Source of the DNA: Bacilli bacterium
GTDB lineage: Bacteria; Bacillota_I; Bacilli_A; RF39; UBA660
Direction: 5' to 3'
Assembly: GCA_900768815.1 (NCBI GenBank)
Contig: CAAGEE010000018.1
Span: 67,138 to 131,137, forward strand
Length of the DNA stretch: 64,000 nt
Shown here: one piece after another, positions 9,344 to 19,995 of the stretch
How positions within the stretch are numbered: position 1 is the first letter of the stretch
How the letters are laid out: every line of letters begins with the position of its first letter
The notes under the pieces: generated by a model
Databases searched by the model: none
Told to the model about the DNA's origin: nothing
The model's input: only the letters and a program-made list of their open reading frames with translations
Translations under genes and position numbers: made by a program

Positions 9344-10597
9344 ATGACTTACTTAAAGAAGATATTTAAGTCTATTGCTTGTTGTTTTCTAGCGTTGTTA
9401 GTAAGTTTATGTTTATATACATTTATAGTTACTGATATTATGAAGAAGGATTACGTTAATGTATTTGGGTATACTTATTTTGTAGTTAAGACTGGTAGTA
9501 TGTCTGGAACACTTGAAGTAGACGATGTAATTATAGTTAAAATTACTAAAGATACTAAAATTAATGATATTATTACTTATGTTAATGATAATGGGGAAAT
9601 TATTACTCATAGACTTGTTAGAAAGTCAGGTAGCAAATTGATTGCTCAAGGTGATGTTAATAATGTCGAAGATAATCCTATTACAAAGGATCAATTAATT
9701 GGAACAGTAGCTTTAGTTATTTCACCTAGTTTTGTTTTAAAGACGGTGGCTACTTTTTTAATACTTTTTATCTTTTTGGCACTAATTAATTTTGATAGTA
9801 TTTTTCAAAAATATATTATGAAAGATAAAAAAATTGTTACTAATACTAAGGGTAGTGTACCAGAGGAGATTTTTGCAACTAGTGAACATAAAAAAGAAGA
9901 AAAATCTGGTCTTACTGTTACTATTCCTTTAGATGAGATTGCTAATATACAATTAGCTCAAGAAAAAGAAGCTGATAGTGAAGAAGAAATTGAAATATTA
10001 GAAGTGGAAGATGTTATAGATATAGATAATAATAATATAGTTACAAAAGAGAGAAATACAGCAAGAGAGAAAGAAAGAGAATTATTAGAGCAGGTATCTA
10101 ATTTACTTAGAATTAAGAATAATAGTTTAACTACTACTAGAATCAATAAAAAATGGTTAGTTAAATATCAATACGTATATAAACTTGCCCTTATATTGAT
10201 GGTAGGGGATATGATTGAATTAGAAGAAGCAATTAATCATCCAACATTTAAAGAAATATATGACTATGATTTAGATAGGGCTGGGTTATATGAAAATCTT
10301 CGTAATAAGATTTATGAGATGCCTATATATGTATTTTTAAGGATACTTACTTTTGCTATTTTATATAATGATGAAGAGTTTTTTGATGGTATTTATAAGA
10401 TTATGAAATATAAGATACAGATAGATAAAAATGGTTATTTTAGGGAAGTTAAAAAGAATGATACTTATAGTAGAAAACAACTTAAATCTTTAATTTCTTT
10501 TATGCAAAAAATATCTATTAAATTTGATAATAAAAATGTATTTGAACTTGAAAGGATTGAGAAATACGTAAAATTAAAAAGCTATGTAAATAATTGA
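9344..10597 (+). CDS. sipW: SipW-type (archaeal/ER-type) signal peptidase I with about 230-aa C-terminal extension
   Basis: N-terminal TM, then VVKTGSMSGTLEVDDVIIVK (catalytic Ser in GSM) and IITHRLVRK (His box). A second TM (VATFLILFIFLAL) is followed by an acidic coiled region. Extended -10 (tgctataat) upstream. Confidence 0.75.
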   Translation: MTYLKKIFKSIACCFLALLVSLCLYTFIVTDIMKKDYVNVFGYTYFVVKTGSMSGTLEVDDVIIVKITKDTKINDIITYVNDNGEIITHRLVRKSGSKLIAQGDVNNVEDNPITKDQLIGTVALVISPSFVLKTVATFLILFIFLALINFDSIFQKYIMKDKKIVTNTKGSVPEEIFATSEHKKEEKSGLTVTIPLDEIANIQLAQEKEADSEEEIEILEVEDVIDIDNNNIVTKERNTAREKERELLEQVSNLLRIKNNSLTTTRINKKWLVKYQYVYKLALILMVGDMIELEEAINHPTFKEIYDYDLDRAGLYENLRNKIYEMPIYVFLRILTFAILYNDEEFFDGIYKIMKYKIQIDKNGYFREVKKNDTYSRKQLKSLISFMQKISIKFDNKNVFELERIEKYVKLKSYVNN

Positions 10598-13500
10598 TGG
10601 AGGGATTTACTTTGGCAGAGAGTAGAATTAATAAAAACAAGTTAATTTTAAATATCTTTTTAGCTTTAATTATTTTAATAGCTTGTTTTGGTGTAATTAA
10701 TTTATTTACTGCTAAAGATAGTTATAGTAATGAGTTAGAAGAGAAATGGGATGGAGTTAGTGTTGCTTCGTCTTTTTCTCATGGTAATGGAACTAGAGAT
10801 AATCCTTATACTATAAATAATGGAGCAGAATTTGCATACTTTAAACAGTTAATTGAAGGAGATAATTATACTTTATATAATAATAAATATTATAAACTTG
10901 GTAATAATATTAATTTAGATAATCATGAATTTATTGGTATTGGATTTCAGGATAGAATATTTAAGGGATACTTTGATGGTAATGGATATAGTATTAAGAA
11001 TGCTAAAATTACTAGTGGAGTTATATATAATGGATTTAGTTATTATGGATTATTTAATAGTTTAGAGAGTGCTAGTATAGTTAATTTGAATATTGATAAT
11101 ATTGTTGTTAGTCCAGTTAAAGAAAGTGTTTCTTATAAAGTTGGTACTTTAGCAGGAGATGTCAATGGTAATAGTAATATTAGTAATATTAGTGTTATAA
11201 ATACTAAGTTTGATTTAACTAATGTATTATCTGATAATATTACTGTTATAGGTGGTGTTGTTGGTAATATAGGTGGAGATAGTAAGTTTTATAATGTTTA
11301 TGTTAATATTACCTTTGATACTACTAATATTTTAACAGTAGGTAAAGTTGCTCATACGATTGCTTGTGATAGTAATAATATAATTACTAATATTAGTACT
11401 AATTCATTATTTATAGATAACGAATCTAATTATATTAATTCTACTGGTAAAAATACTAATCAATTTATATATAGTGATTCTAATTATGTAGATAGTTCTA
11501 CTAAGACGATGATTAGTACTAAGGATTTGTTAGGAATACTTAATAAAGGATATGACTATGAGTTTGGTTGGGAGAGTTTTGGCAATACTTTAATAATTAA
11601 GAGAGATGAGGTTGTACCTGATAATATTGGTGTTAGTGCTTTTTCTTTTTCAATTAATGAACCTATTGTTTTACATGATTCTGGAATAGTAGGAGATACA
11701 GTTTATGTTAATGACTTAACTAGTGATTATAATAATTATATGGGACTTAATTATACTGATTTTTCTAATACTGGTACTTTACCTACTGGAGAGAGTTTGG
11801 AACTTTACTCTGATAATAATCTAGTTAAAGTTTATACTATGTATGATGGTGTTGGTGTTGCTAATGAAGACTATGTTGGGTATATTGGAATTGATAATGA
11901 TGAAAGACAAAGTAAGTTAGTTTATTATAAGTATTATCCTGTTGTTGATGGATATGTTACTTTTGAACTTATAGATAATCCATTTGGTAATAGACCTAAT
12001 GATATGGCTTTTAATGGATGGGTTACTGATTATAGAGGGGCTTTTGTTTATTTAGATAGGGATACTTATGTTAGATATGTTAAGATTCCTGTTACTGATG
12101 TCAATCAAACTATATCTATTGAGTTTAGAGCTAGCTGGATTAATGCTACTACAGCAGAAGTTACTACTGATAGTTGGAATAATGCTTTTAATCAAATAAA
12201 TAGTGCTGGTATGTTAGAACTTGAAACAAAAAGACCTATTTACGAAGATAACCCTGATATGAGAGATTATTATATTACTGGTACTGTTAATAGACGTCGT
12301 TATTATCCTAATGGAGCTTATAATAGTTATGGTAATGATATATCTGGTAATTATTGTAATACTTATGGTGGATGTACTTATTATTATCATCCTACTAGTA
12401 GTGTTTATGATGAAAATCAAACATACTATGAATTAGTCAATGGTAGAATGAGTGTTTATCAAAAAAGGATAATCGGTTATGAAAATACTGATGTTCTACC
12501 AGAGGGTGCAAGTGTTGCTTCTTTATTTAGATTAGTTAATGTAGGGTATAGACAGTCTATTAATGGATATTATGATAATACTGGTAATATTGTATCTGGT
12601 ACTTGTAATACTTATGGTGGTTGTAATTATTATGAGTATATACAGTACTATGATAATAATGGTAATGAGAGTATTGTTGATGCTGATAGTACTTATTATT
12701 ACTTAGTTACTAGAGATACTAATATTGTTGTTTTAAGATATAATATTTCAGCTAGTATTAATAATAATAAACCATTTACTTTAACTAGTGTTAATAATGG
12801 GATTGATTATAGAAATAATCATAATTTTAATATTAGGAATAGTTATATTAGTGCTAAAAGTGATTTAAGAATTGAGTTTATTACTCTTACTGTTGGAAGT
12901 GCTGCTAGTAATTCTGATCCAACTAGTAATAGTAATCAATATGGTTATATTTATGGTAATTGGAATAATTTAAAGATTGGTAGAGGATTAAGAAAGAGGG
13001 GCAACTATATATCTGCTTATAGTGTTTTAGGTGGATCTAATGGTTCTACTGGTAGTTCTGGTTCTACTGTTGATTATCGTTTGATAGTTGAATCAGGTTA
13101 CTATAATACTTTAATTGTTACTAATGGTAATGTTGGTGACTATAGTTCTGGTGGCTGGTGGGGTGAATATGGTTCACGCATATATGTTGATGGTTTAGCT
13201 ATTTATGGCAGTGATTATGATAGAGTTAATAATAATAACGGTGAATTAACTGTTTATTATTGTGCTTCTGGCAGTTGGGGTGGTGCTGTTTATGGCTTAA
13301 ATGAGACTACTAGTATTGCAATACATACAAATATAAAATCTGGAGAGTTTGGTACTAGTAAGTATGATTATTCTACTGGTGTTTATATTGGCGGTAGAGG
13401 TGGTGGAACACACTATGCAGCAAGAGAAGCTACTATTGAAGGTGGCTGGATTTATAACTTGATAGGTGGACCATTAACTGCTAGTAATAGAGAAAATCGA

Positions 13501-16500
13501 AATGATACTTATGCTAATATAAAAGGCGGAAGCATTGATTTAGTTATTGGTGGAGCTGGTGCTTCGGCTACTTATGGTAATAGAATTATTAATTTAACTG
13601 GTGGTACTATTAATTATGCTGTTTTTGGAGGTTCTAATGGATATACTGGTAGTGATACTGGTAATTATCGTGGAACTTTAGAGGGTAGTACATTTGTATA
13701 TGTTGGTGGTAATGCTGTTGTTGGTGATGATTATTTAATAGCAGCTAATTCTAATAGATTTGGAGTTGAATCTGGTAGTGTATTTGGAATTGGTAATGGT
13801 AATAGTGATTCATCTCAGATTGGTACTGCTAATAACTCTAATATTTTAATTAATGGTAATGCTACTATTAAACGTAATGTTTATGGTGGTGGTAATTATG
13901 GTGCAGTTGGTATTAATGGAAATTCTACTACTAAAACTACTATTAAAGTACTAGGAGGTAATATAGTTGGTGCTTTATATGGTGGTGGTAATAATAATGG
14001 TTCTGGTAGTACTTCTGTTACTTCAACAATAGATATTACTGTTCTTGGTGGTGAGATTGGTAATGTATATGGTGGTTCTCGTAATAAAGGAACTGTATAT
14101 GGTAATACTAATGTAAAAATTATTGCTGGAGTTATAGTTAATGATGTATATGGTGGTGGAGAAGGTGGTTATACTAGTTCTAATTCTCCTGGTACATTCG
14201 TTACACAAAATGTTAATGTTGTGATAGGTGATAATTCTAGTGAAGTAGTTCCTACTATTAATGGTAATGTATATGGTGGTAGTGCTTATGGTACTGTTAA
14301 TGGAAGTAGTAATAGTACTAATGTTTCTAATTATGATACTAATGTTACTGTAAATAAAGGTACTGTTGTTAAATCTGTCTTTGGTGGTGGTAAAGGTAAT
14401 AATCAATTTACGCCATATGTACTTGGTGATGTTACTGTTAATATTAATGGTGGTAACATTGGTAATGTATTTGGTGGAAATGACGCTAAAGGTAGCCCTA
14501 ATGGAAATGATGTAGTTTATTTGAATGATGGTATTATTGGTAATGCTTTTGGTGGTGGTAATAATACTGGTCAGGCAACTACTAATATTTATTTACAGGG
14601 TTCTGTTGTTAATAATTTGTTTGGTGGTTCTAATAGTTCTGGTACTGTTGGTACTACTAATGTTTATGTAACTTCTGGTACTGTTGGTAATATATATGGT
14701 GGTAATAATATTGGTGGTGACACTGATACTAATAATGTTACAGTTACTGGTGGAAATATTACTGGTGATATATATGGTGGAGGAAGTTTAGCTAACTCTA
14801 TTACTTCAATAGTTACAGTTACAGGTGTTAAGGCAAATGATGTATATGGTGGTGGTGAAAAAGCTAGTGTTACTACTACTAGTGTTGTTGCTACTTCGGC
14901 TACTTTAAATAAAGTGTTTGGAGGATTAAACTTTTCTGGAGATGTAGATAATAGTAATGTTTTAATTAATTCTGGTGTTATTGGTGGAATATATGGTGGT
15001 AATAATCAAGGTGGTACTACTAAGATAACAGAAGTAACTATTAAAGATGGTACTATTAATAATGTCTTTGGTGGAGGAGATAATGCTTTATCAACTACTT
15101 CTAATGTTAATATAGATGGTGGAGTTATTACTAATGTATTTGGTGGTGGTAATGAAGCTGGTCTTACTGATTCTAATATTAATATTAGTAATGGCACTAT
15201 TACTAATGTCTTTGGGGGATCTAATAAATCTGGTAATTTGGATGAGTCTAATGTTAATGTTGGTAGTAGTAAAGCTCTTGATTTGGTTGATGTTAGTATT
15301 AGTTCTTCACCAGTTAATGCTACTTGGCAATCTTCTGATTATGATACGTATGTTGATATTACAGTTACTCTTAAGAATTTGACTAATACAGATATTTCTG
15401 ATTGGGAGATTGATCTTAATATGCCGAAAGATTCAGTTCTCTATTCAAACTGGTCTAGTTCTGATTTCACCATTACTAATGGTGTTGGAAAGGTTACTTC
15501 GGCTAATAGATATGATTCTAATAATCCTAATACTTTGAGGGCTAATGGTGGTACTTATTCATTTACTTATGCTATTTTAACTAATACTGTTGCGACTAAT
15601 TACAGTATGTCTAGTAAGGTAGTTAAGCCAAATGCTATTCCTGCTGTTTCTAATGTTGCAATTGGTTCTTTATATGGTGGTAATAATGAAGGTGGAATTA
15701 CTTCTGTTACTAATGTTTTGGTTAACTCTGGTACCATTAATTCTTTATATGGAGGTGGTAATCAAGCTGTAGTTGGTGAAGCCAATGTTACTTGTAAAAC
15801 TGCTAATATTGGTGTTTTGTATGGTGGTGGTAATGCTGCTGGTGTTACTAATGATACTCATGTTGATATTGATAATGCTAATATTACTCATAATATTTAT
15901 GGTGGTGGTAATGAAGGTATTGTTGATGGAAGCACACATGTATTTGTAACGGATAGTAGAGTTTTAGGTAGTATGTATGCTGGTGGTAATGGTTCTACGG
16001 CTATAGTTAGAAAAAATACTAATATTACAGTTGATGGAGCTACTGTTGTTGGAAGTGAGAGTACTGTTGCTCCGGCAGCTGGTTCTGTCTTTGGTGGTGG
16101 TAACGCCGCTGCTACTGGATATGAAAATGCAGGTAACTCTGTTGCTATTGTTAATATTGTTGGTGCAACTGTATATGGTAATGTATATGGTGGAGCTAAT
16201 ACTTCAGTTGTTTATGGTAGTACTAAAACTAATATTGGTACGGCTGCTGTTAACAATGATGGTTTAGTTGAAGGAGATATTATTATTAGGGGAACTGTCT
16301 TTGGAGGAGGAGAAGCTAATGCAGCTGGCTCTGAAGTTTATGACTGGAACTTTATCTCTGTTACTTCAGCTATTAATATAAGTATTGATGGTACAGGTTA
16401 TACAACTAATAATCATAAATTTTTAATGAATGGCTCAATATTTGGCTCTGGAAATGCTTCATCTTCATCAGGAGTTTCACAAATTACAATAAAAAATCTT

Positions 16501-19113
16501 GGTACTATTACAGCACCTAGTAAAAATATTTCTATTCAGAGAACTGATAAATTAACTATTGATAGTAGTTGTATTGAGTTATCTGGTATTAAAGATAGAA
16601 CTAATGAGTATTCTGATATTCCTTATTCATTTAACCAGATTAAAGCTTTAGTTATTAAAAATGGTACAACTTTATTATTAAAAAAGAATGCTAATATGCT
16701 TGAGTCTTTCTATTCTGGAGTGGATATTGATGGAGCTTTGGTACCGGCTGAGGTTACTATTGATGATAATGGTAATACTACTAAGAATGTTGATAATCGT
16801 CTTTATATGGCTCCTAATAATAACTTAAATATTACTACTAATCAAACAGCAACGGCTTATGGTAAAGTTACTGGTATGACTTTCTTTGGTATGTATAACT
16901 CATATGCTGCTGGTTCTATTTCCTATGGTGTTTATGATCCGTCTGTTAAAAACGGAGATAGTGCTGATGCAGGTGATGTTATTGTTGGTGGTAGTTATGT
17001 TCTTGGTTTACATAGTTTAAATCATGATATTACAAAAGATGGATTTTATTCTAATTATTTGAATGACGATTATACTTTGGTTAGTACTAAGTATATTGAT
17101 CCTACTGAAGTTGGTGAAACTGGTTATCGTTGGATTATTGGTTTGGATGCTATTAACTATACAATTAATTTGAATGCATCTAAGTACTCTTCTTTAGGTA
17201 CGGCGAACTTATCTTTAATGGATTTTGCTTCAGGCGATACAATATTTAATGTAGTTGGATTTAATAGTGAAGGTTTATCTAGTGGTGTTGAATTAATTGA
17301 TCCAAACTTAGTTCCTAAGCTTTCAACAACTGCAGAAGAAGCTAATAGAAAGTTAGGCTTGGCGGTAAAAGCTGAAACTCGTGAGTGGACTGGTCATGGT
17401 AAAACTGTTCTTTTAAGTGAATCTGGTGGTAAGTATACTGGTACTACTTCATATAAGACTGATAGTCAAGCAATTGTACCATCTTTGATGTTTTACTTGT
17501 ATCATGCTAAAAATATTACCCTAAATGAAGATTTAGGAACAGCAATTGTAAGTTTACAAGTTTTAATTCCAATAAATGCTATTGAGTATAAAGTCCAATT
17601 GGTTACAGTTACTGTTAATATTACAGCAAGTAATTATCAAGATGAAGATGCATATGATGCTAGTATTACTTATGATAAAAAGTATGAGATGCCTTCGGCT
17701 ACTTCTGTTAATATAACTAATCAGAGTCAGTTTACAACGTATTATTCATTATTTGCATATGCTGATAGTTATGAGAAGTTCTATGGTATTAATGATAATT
17801 ATTATCATGCTTTAGTTACAAATTATGCTTTACCAGTTGGTACACAAATTACAATGCTTGATTATGGTGTTTCACAGGAACAACCTGAATATTACTATTA
17901 CACTGTTACACAAGCTGAGTATGATAGGGCAGTTAGACAACTAGCTCAAGATAAAGAAATTACTTATAAACTTTCTAATTTTATAAAAATGGGTAGTGTA
18001 AGTAATGATAATAAATATAATGACTCAGTTAATAATCATAAATATTATACGGATGAATATGGTCGAATAGTTGAAGAATTTATCTTTATATTTGATTTTA
18101 AAGAAACTACTACGACTGGTACACATATTGATAATTCAATTTTATTTGAACTTAAAAATAATGAAGATAGAACTTTAATTTCTGTACTTGGTATTCGTCA
18201 AGGACTTATGGAATATAGTTTGTATGATAGTTCTAACGTTGTACTTAATCAAACCGTTGGTCCAAAGAGTGATTATATGTACTATGATATTCCATATGAA
18301 GTTTCTTATTCTACATCTGTTGCTTATGATCAGACTGCTAATCGTGAAGCGATTATTAATACTAATTATGAGTCTAGTAGTATGGGACTTAATGTTACTA
18401 TAATAGATAGTTCTGGTACACAAGTTAGTTCGAGCTTGTTATCGGGTACTAATATAGTTATTGACAATATTGCATATTTTGCGGATAGTGATGGTGTATA
18501 TAGAATAAAACTGGCAGACAAGGTATCGAACTTGAAAAAGAATATTACAATTTATAGTGATTCATTATTACCTGCTGGTACTTATACATTAAGATTTAGT
18601 TTATTTGCATCAGCTGATGGTAGACATAATTCACATGCCTTGGAGTCAGCTGAGTATGAAAAAGTAATTACCTTAGTAGGTAGTGATAATAGTATAAAAG
18701 TAAATACCAATGATAAGACAAAATTAGTATTTGGAGAAACTGGACTTAATGCAGCATCACTTAACTATAATACTTATGTGGTTTCTTATAATACAGTTTT
18801 AACTAATCCAAATGTTAGATTAAGTGTTTATAAAAGGAATATTGATAATAAAGATACGACAGTTTATACGGAAGTTGATTTTAATAGTTTATTTACAAAT
18901 GAGCTTGCTTCACCTAATGATTCACTTTACTTAAATCAATCTGTTTATGAAAAGATGTTAAAAGTATCTCCAGGTATTAATAATACAATGCATTTTGATT
19001 TAGCAGATAATTTAATTAGTGGTACATATAAGTTGGTATTTAAACTATATGATAACAATCAATTAGTAGATGAAGAATATAAATATGTAATTGTTAATAA
19101 AAAAGTTCAGTAA
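10597..19113 (+). CDS. giant (about 2839 aa) membrane-anchored parallel beta-helix repeat surface protein (Pmp-like GG-x-N repeats)
   Basis: Continuous 8.5-kb ORF. N-terminal TM (LILNIFLALIILIACFGVINLF). Dozens of tandem repeats of about 20-25 aa of the form (V/I/L)(Y/F)GG(G/S/N)N...N(V/I), for example TNVFGGGNEAGLTDSNINISNGTITNVFGGSNKSGNL. Start overlaps the sipW stop by 1 nt. Confidence 0.8.
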   Translation: MEGFTLAESRINKNKLILNIFLALIILIACFGVINLFTAKDSYSNELEEKWDGVSVASSFSHGNGTRDNPYTINNGAEFAYFKQLIEGDNYTLYNNKYYKLGNNINLDNHEFIGIGFQDRIFKGYFDGNGYSIKNAKITSGVIYNGFSYYGLFNSLESASIVNLNIDNIVVSPVKESVSYKVGTLAGDVNGNSNISNISVINTKFDLTNVLSDNITVIGGVVGNIGGDSKFYNVYVNITFDTTNILTVGKVAHTIACDSNNIITNISTNSLFIDNESNYINSTGKNTNQFIYSDSNYVDSSTKTMISTKDLLGILNKGYDYEFGWESFGNTLIIKRDEVVPDNIGVSAFSFSINEPIVLHDSGIVGDTVYVNDLTSDYNNYMGLNYTDFSNTGTLPTGESLELYSDNNLVKVYTMYDGVGVANEDYVGYIGIDNDERQSKLVYYKYYPVVDGYVTFELIDNPFGNRPNDMAFNGWVTDYRGAFVYLDRDTYVRYVKIPVTDVNQTISIEFRASWINATTAEVTTDSWNNAFNQINSAGMLELETKRPIYEDNPDMRDYYITGTVNRRRYYPNGAYNSYGNDISGNYCNTYGGCTYYYHPTSSVYDENQTYYELVNGRMSVYQKRIIGYENTDVLPEGASVASLFRLVNVGYRQSINGYYDNTGNIVSGTCNTYGGCNYYEYIQYYDNNGNESIVDADSTYYYLVTRDTNIVVLRYNISASINNNKPFTLTSVNNGIDYRNNHNFNIRNSYISAKSDLRIEFITLTVGSAASNSDPTSNSNQYGYIYGNWNNLKIGRGLRKRGNYISAYSVLGGSNGSTGSSGSTVDYRLIVESGYYNTLIVTNGNVGDYSSGGWWGEYGSRIYVDGLAIYGSDYDRVNNNNGELTVYYCASGSWGGAVYGLNETTSIAIHTNIKSGEFGTSKYDYSTGVYIGGRGGGTHYAAREATIEGGWIYNLIGGPLTASNRENRNDTYANIKGGSIDLVIGGAGASATYGNRIINLTGGTINYAVFGGSNGYTGSDTGNYRGTLEGSTFVYVGGNAVVGDDYLIAANSNRFGVESGSVFGIGNGNSDSSQIGTANNSNILINGNATIKRNVYGGGNYGAVGINGNSTTKTTIKVLGGNIVGALYGGGNNNGSGSTSVTSTIDITVLGGEIGNVYGGSRNKGTVYGNTNVKIIAGVIVNDVYGGGEGGYTSSNSPGTFVTQNVNVVIGDNSSEVVPTINGNVYGGSAYGTVNGSSNSTNVSNYDTNVTVNKGTVVKSVFGGGKGNNQFTPYVLGDVTVNINGGNIGNVFGGNDAKGSPNGNDVVYLNDGIIGNAFGGGNNTGQATTNIYLQGSVVNNLFGGSNSSGTVGTTNVYVTSGTVGNIYGGNNIGGDTDTNNVTVTGGNITGDIYGGGSLANSITSIVTVTGVKANDVYGGGEKASVTTTSVVATSATLNKVFGGLNFSGDVDNSNVLINSGVIGGIYGGNNQGGTTKITEVTIKDGTINNVFGGGDNALSTTSNVNIDGGVITNVFGGGNEAGLTDSNINISNGTITNVFGGSNKSGNLDESNVNVGSSKALDLVDVSISSSPVNATWQSSDYDTYVDITVTLKNLTNTDISDWEIDLNMPKDSVLYSNWSSSDFTITNGVGKVTSANRYDSNNPNTLRANGGTYSFTYAILTNTVATNYSMSSKVVKPNAIPAVSNVAIGSLYGGNNEGGITSVTNVLVNSGTINSLYGGGNQAVVGEANVTCKTANIGVLYGGGNAAGVTNDTHVDIDNANITHNIYGGGNEGIVDGSTHVFVTDSRVLGSMYAGGNGSTAIVRKNTNITVDGATVVGSESTVAPAAGSVFGGGNAAATGYENAGNSVAIVNIVGATVYGNVYGGANTSVVYGSTKTNIGTAAVNNDGLVEGDIIIRGTVFGGGEANAAGSEVYDWNFISVTSAINISIDGTGYTTNNHKFLMNGSIFGSGNASSSSGVSQITIKNLGTITAPSKNISIQRTDKLTIDSSCIELSGIKDRTNEYSDIPYSFNQIKALVIKNGTTLLLKKNANMLESFYSGVDIDGALVPAEVTIDDNGNTTKNVDNRLYMAPNNNLNITTNQTATAYGKVTGMTFFGMYNSYAAGSISYGVYDPSVKNGDSADAGDVIVGGSYVLGLHSLNHDITKDGFYSNYLNDDYTLVSTKYIDPTEVGETGYRWIIGLDAINYTINLNASKYSSLGTANLSLMDFASGDTIFNVVGFNSEGLSSGVELIDPNLVPKLSTTAEEANRKLGLAVKAETREWTGHGKTVLLSESGGKYTGTTSYKTDSQAIVPSLMFYLYHAKNITLNEDLGTAIVSLQVLIPINAIEYKVQLVTVTVNITASNYQDEDAYDASITYDKKYEMPSATSVNITNQSQFTTYYSLFAYADSYEKFYGINDNYYHALVTNYALPVGTQITMLDYGVSQEQPEYYYYTVTQAEYDRAVRQLAQDKEITYKLSNFIKMGSVSNDNKYNDSVNNHKYYTDEYGRIVEEFIFIFDFKETTTTGTHIDNSILFELKNNEDRTLISVLGIRQGLMEYSLYDSSNVVLNQTVGPKSDYMYYDIPYEVSYSTSVAYDQTANREAIINTNYESSSMGLNVTIIDSSGTQVSSSLLSGTNIVIDNIAYFADSDGVYRIKLADKVSNLKKNITIYSDSLLPAGTYTLRFSLFASADGRHNSHALESAEYEKVITLVGSDNSIKVNTNDKTKLVFGETGLNAASLNYNTYVVSYNTVLTNPNVRLSVYKRNIDNKDTTVYTEVDFNSLFTNELASPNDSLYLNQSVYEKMLKVSPGINNTMHFDLADNLISGTYKLVFKLYDNNQLVDEEYKYVIVNKKVQ

Positions 19114-19164
19114 GTTAACTTGAAATTAGACTTTGTATGTGATAAAATTTAAGAAGGTGGTTGT

Positions 19165-19923
19165 ATGTTAAAAAAGATACTAAAATGGTTATGGGAATTT
19201 TTAGAGATTCTAATTATAATTTATGTAATTTTTATTACTTCTTGTATTTTATGTCGTAATAAATTTGGTTATACTCAGTTTGGGGATATGACTTTTGTTA
19301 CTGTTAGTGAGAATAATGAGAAGTTCTTTATGAATAATAAGGCTGGAGATTTATTAATTATTAAGAATCAACAGATGAATTTAGATGTTAATGATTTAAT
19401 ATATTATTATGTTACTGTTGATGAGAAATATATTGTTAGAACTGGGGTAATTGATTCTAAGTCTCAAGATGATTATGCTGCTTTATATGTTTTAAGGGAT
19501 GATGAAGGTAGTAGTATTGCTAGTAACAGAGTAATTGGTAAGTATGTTAAGACTTATCATGGAAAAGGAGCGATACTTGATATACTTGAGAGTAGAGTTG
19601 GGTTCTTATTCTTAGTTTTATTACCTATATTAATAGTATTCATTTATCAAATTTATCAATTAGTTATTGTTGCTAAATACGAAGTTGTTGAAGATGATGA
19701 TGAAGAAGAGGAAGAAAAACCTCGTACTAAGAAAATAACTAAGAAGAGAGAAACAGTTAAAGCAGTGGAGAAAAAAGAAGAAATTATTAAAAAAGAACTT
19801 CCTAAAGAGGAAAAACATGAAGTAAAAGTAGAGGAAGTTATAGAGAAGAAGAGTCCTGTTAAAGAAGAAAAGCAGGAGAATAAGGAATCTATTAAGTCAG
19901 CTGATGATATAGAATTGTTATAG
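19165..19923 (+). CDS. SipW-like pseudo-peptidase (catalytic Ser and His lost) with acidic/Lys-rich tail
   Basis: Same architecture as the other SipW paralogs (N-terminal TM, beta-sandwich region, second TM, charged tail). It reads FGDMTFVTV where they have TGSM(S/E) and YIVRTGVI where they have ITHR(L/I). RBS gaaggtgg. Confidence 0.6.
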   Translation: MLKKILKWLWEFLEILIIIYVIFITSCILCRNKFGYTQFGDMTFVTVSENNEKFFMNNKAGDLLIIKNQQMNLDVNDLIYYYVTVDEKYIVRTGVIDSKSQDDYAALYVLRDDEGSSIASNRVIGKYVKTYHGKGAILDILESRVGFLFLVLLPILIVFIYQIYQLVIVAKYEVVEDDDEEEEEKPRTKKITKKRETVKAVEKKEEIIKKELPKEEKHEVKVEEVIEKKSPVKEEKQENKESIKSADDIELL

Positions 19924-19948
19924 ACGGAGTTATGACTCCGTTTTTTGT
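19924..19948 (+). terminator. rho-independent terminator
   Basis: Hairpin acggagttatgactccgt followed by T6. Confidence 0.65.
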
Positions 19949-19995
19949 TTACTTAATTTATTAATTTTGGTATAATTCATACTAGGAGAATAGTT

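Noticed and set aside
12214-18423. ORF-track entries inside or opposite the giant gene: minus strand 12214..12420, 14023..14406, 15006..15197, 15745..15939, 18175..18423; plus-strand off-frame 15116..15382, 16031..16267, 18188..18403.
   Set aside because: All are low-complexity I/T/S/N or L/V-rich translations of the repetitive GGT/AAT-rich DNA of the 8.5-kb gene. They have no RBS and are embedded in a continuous, motif-rich sense ORF.
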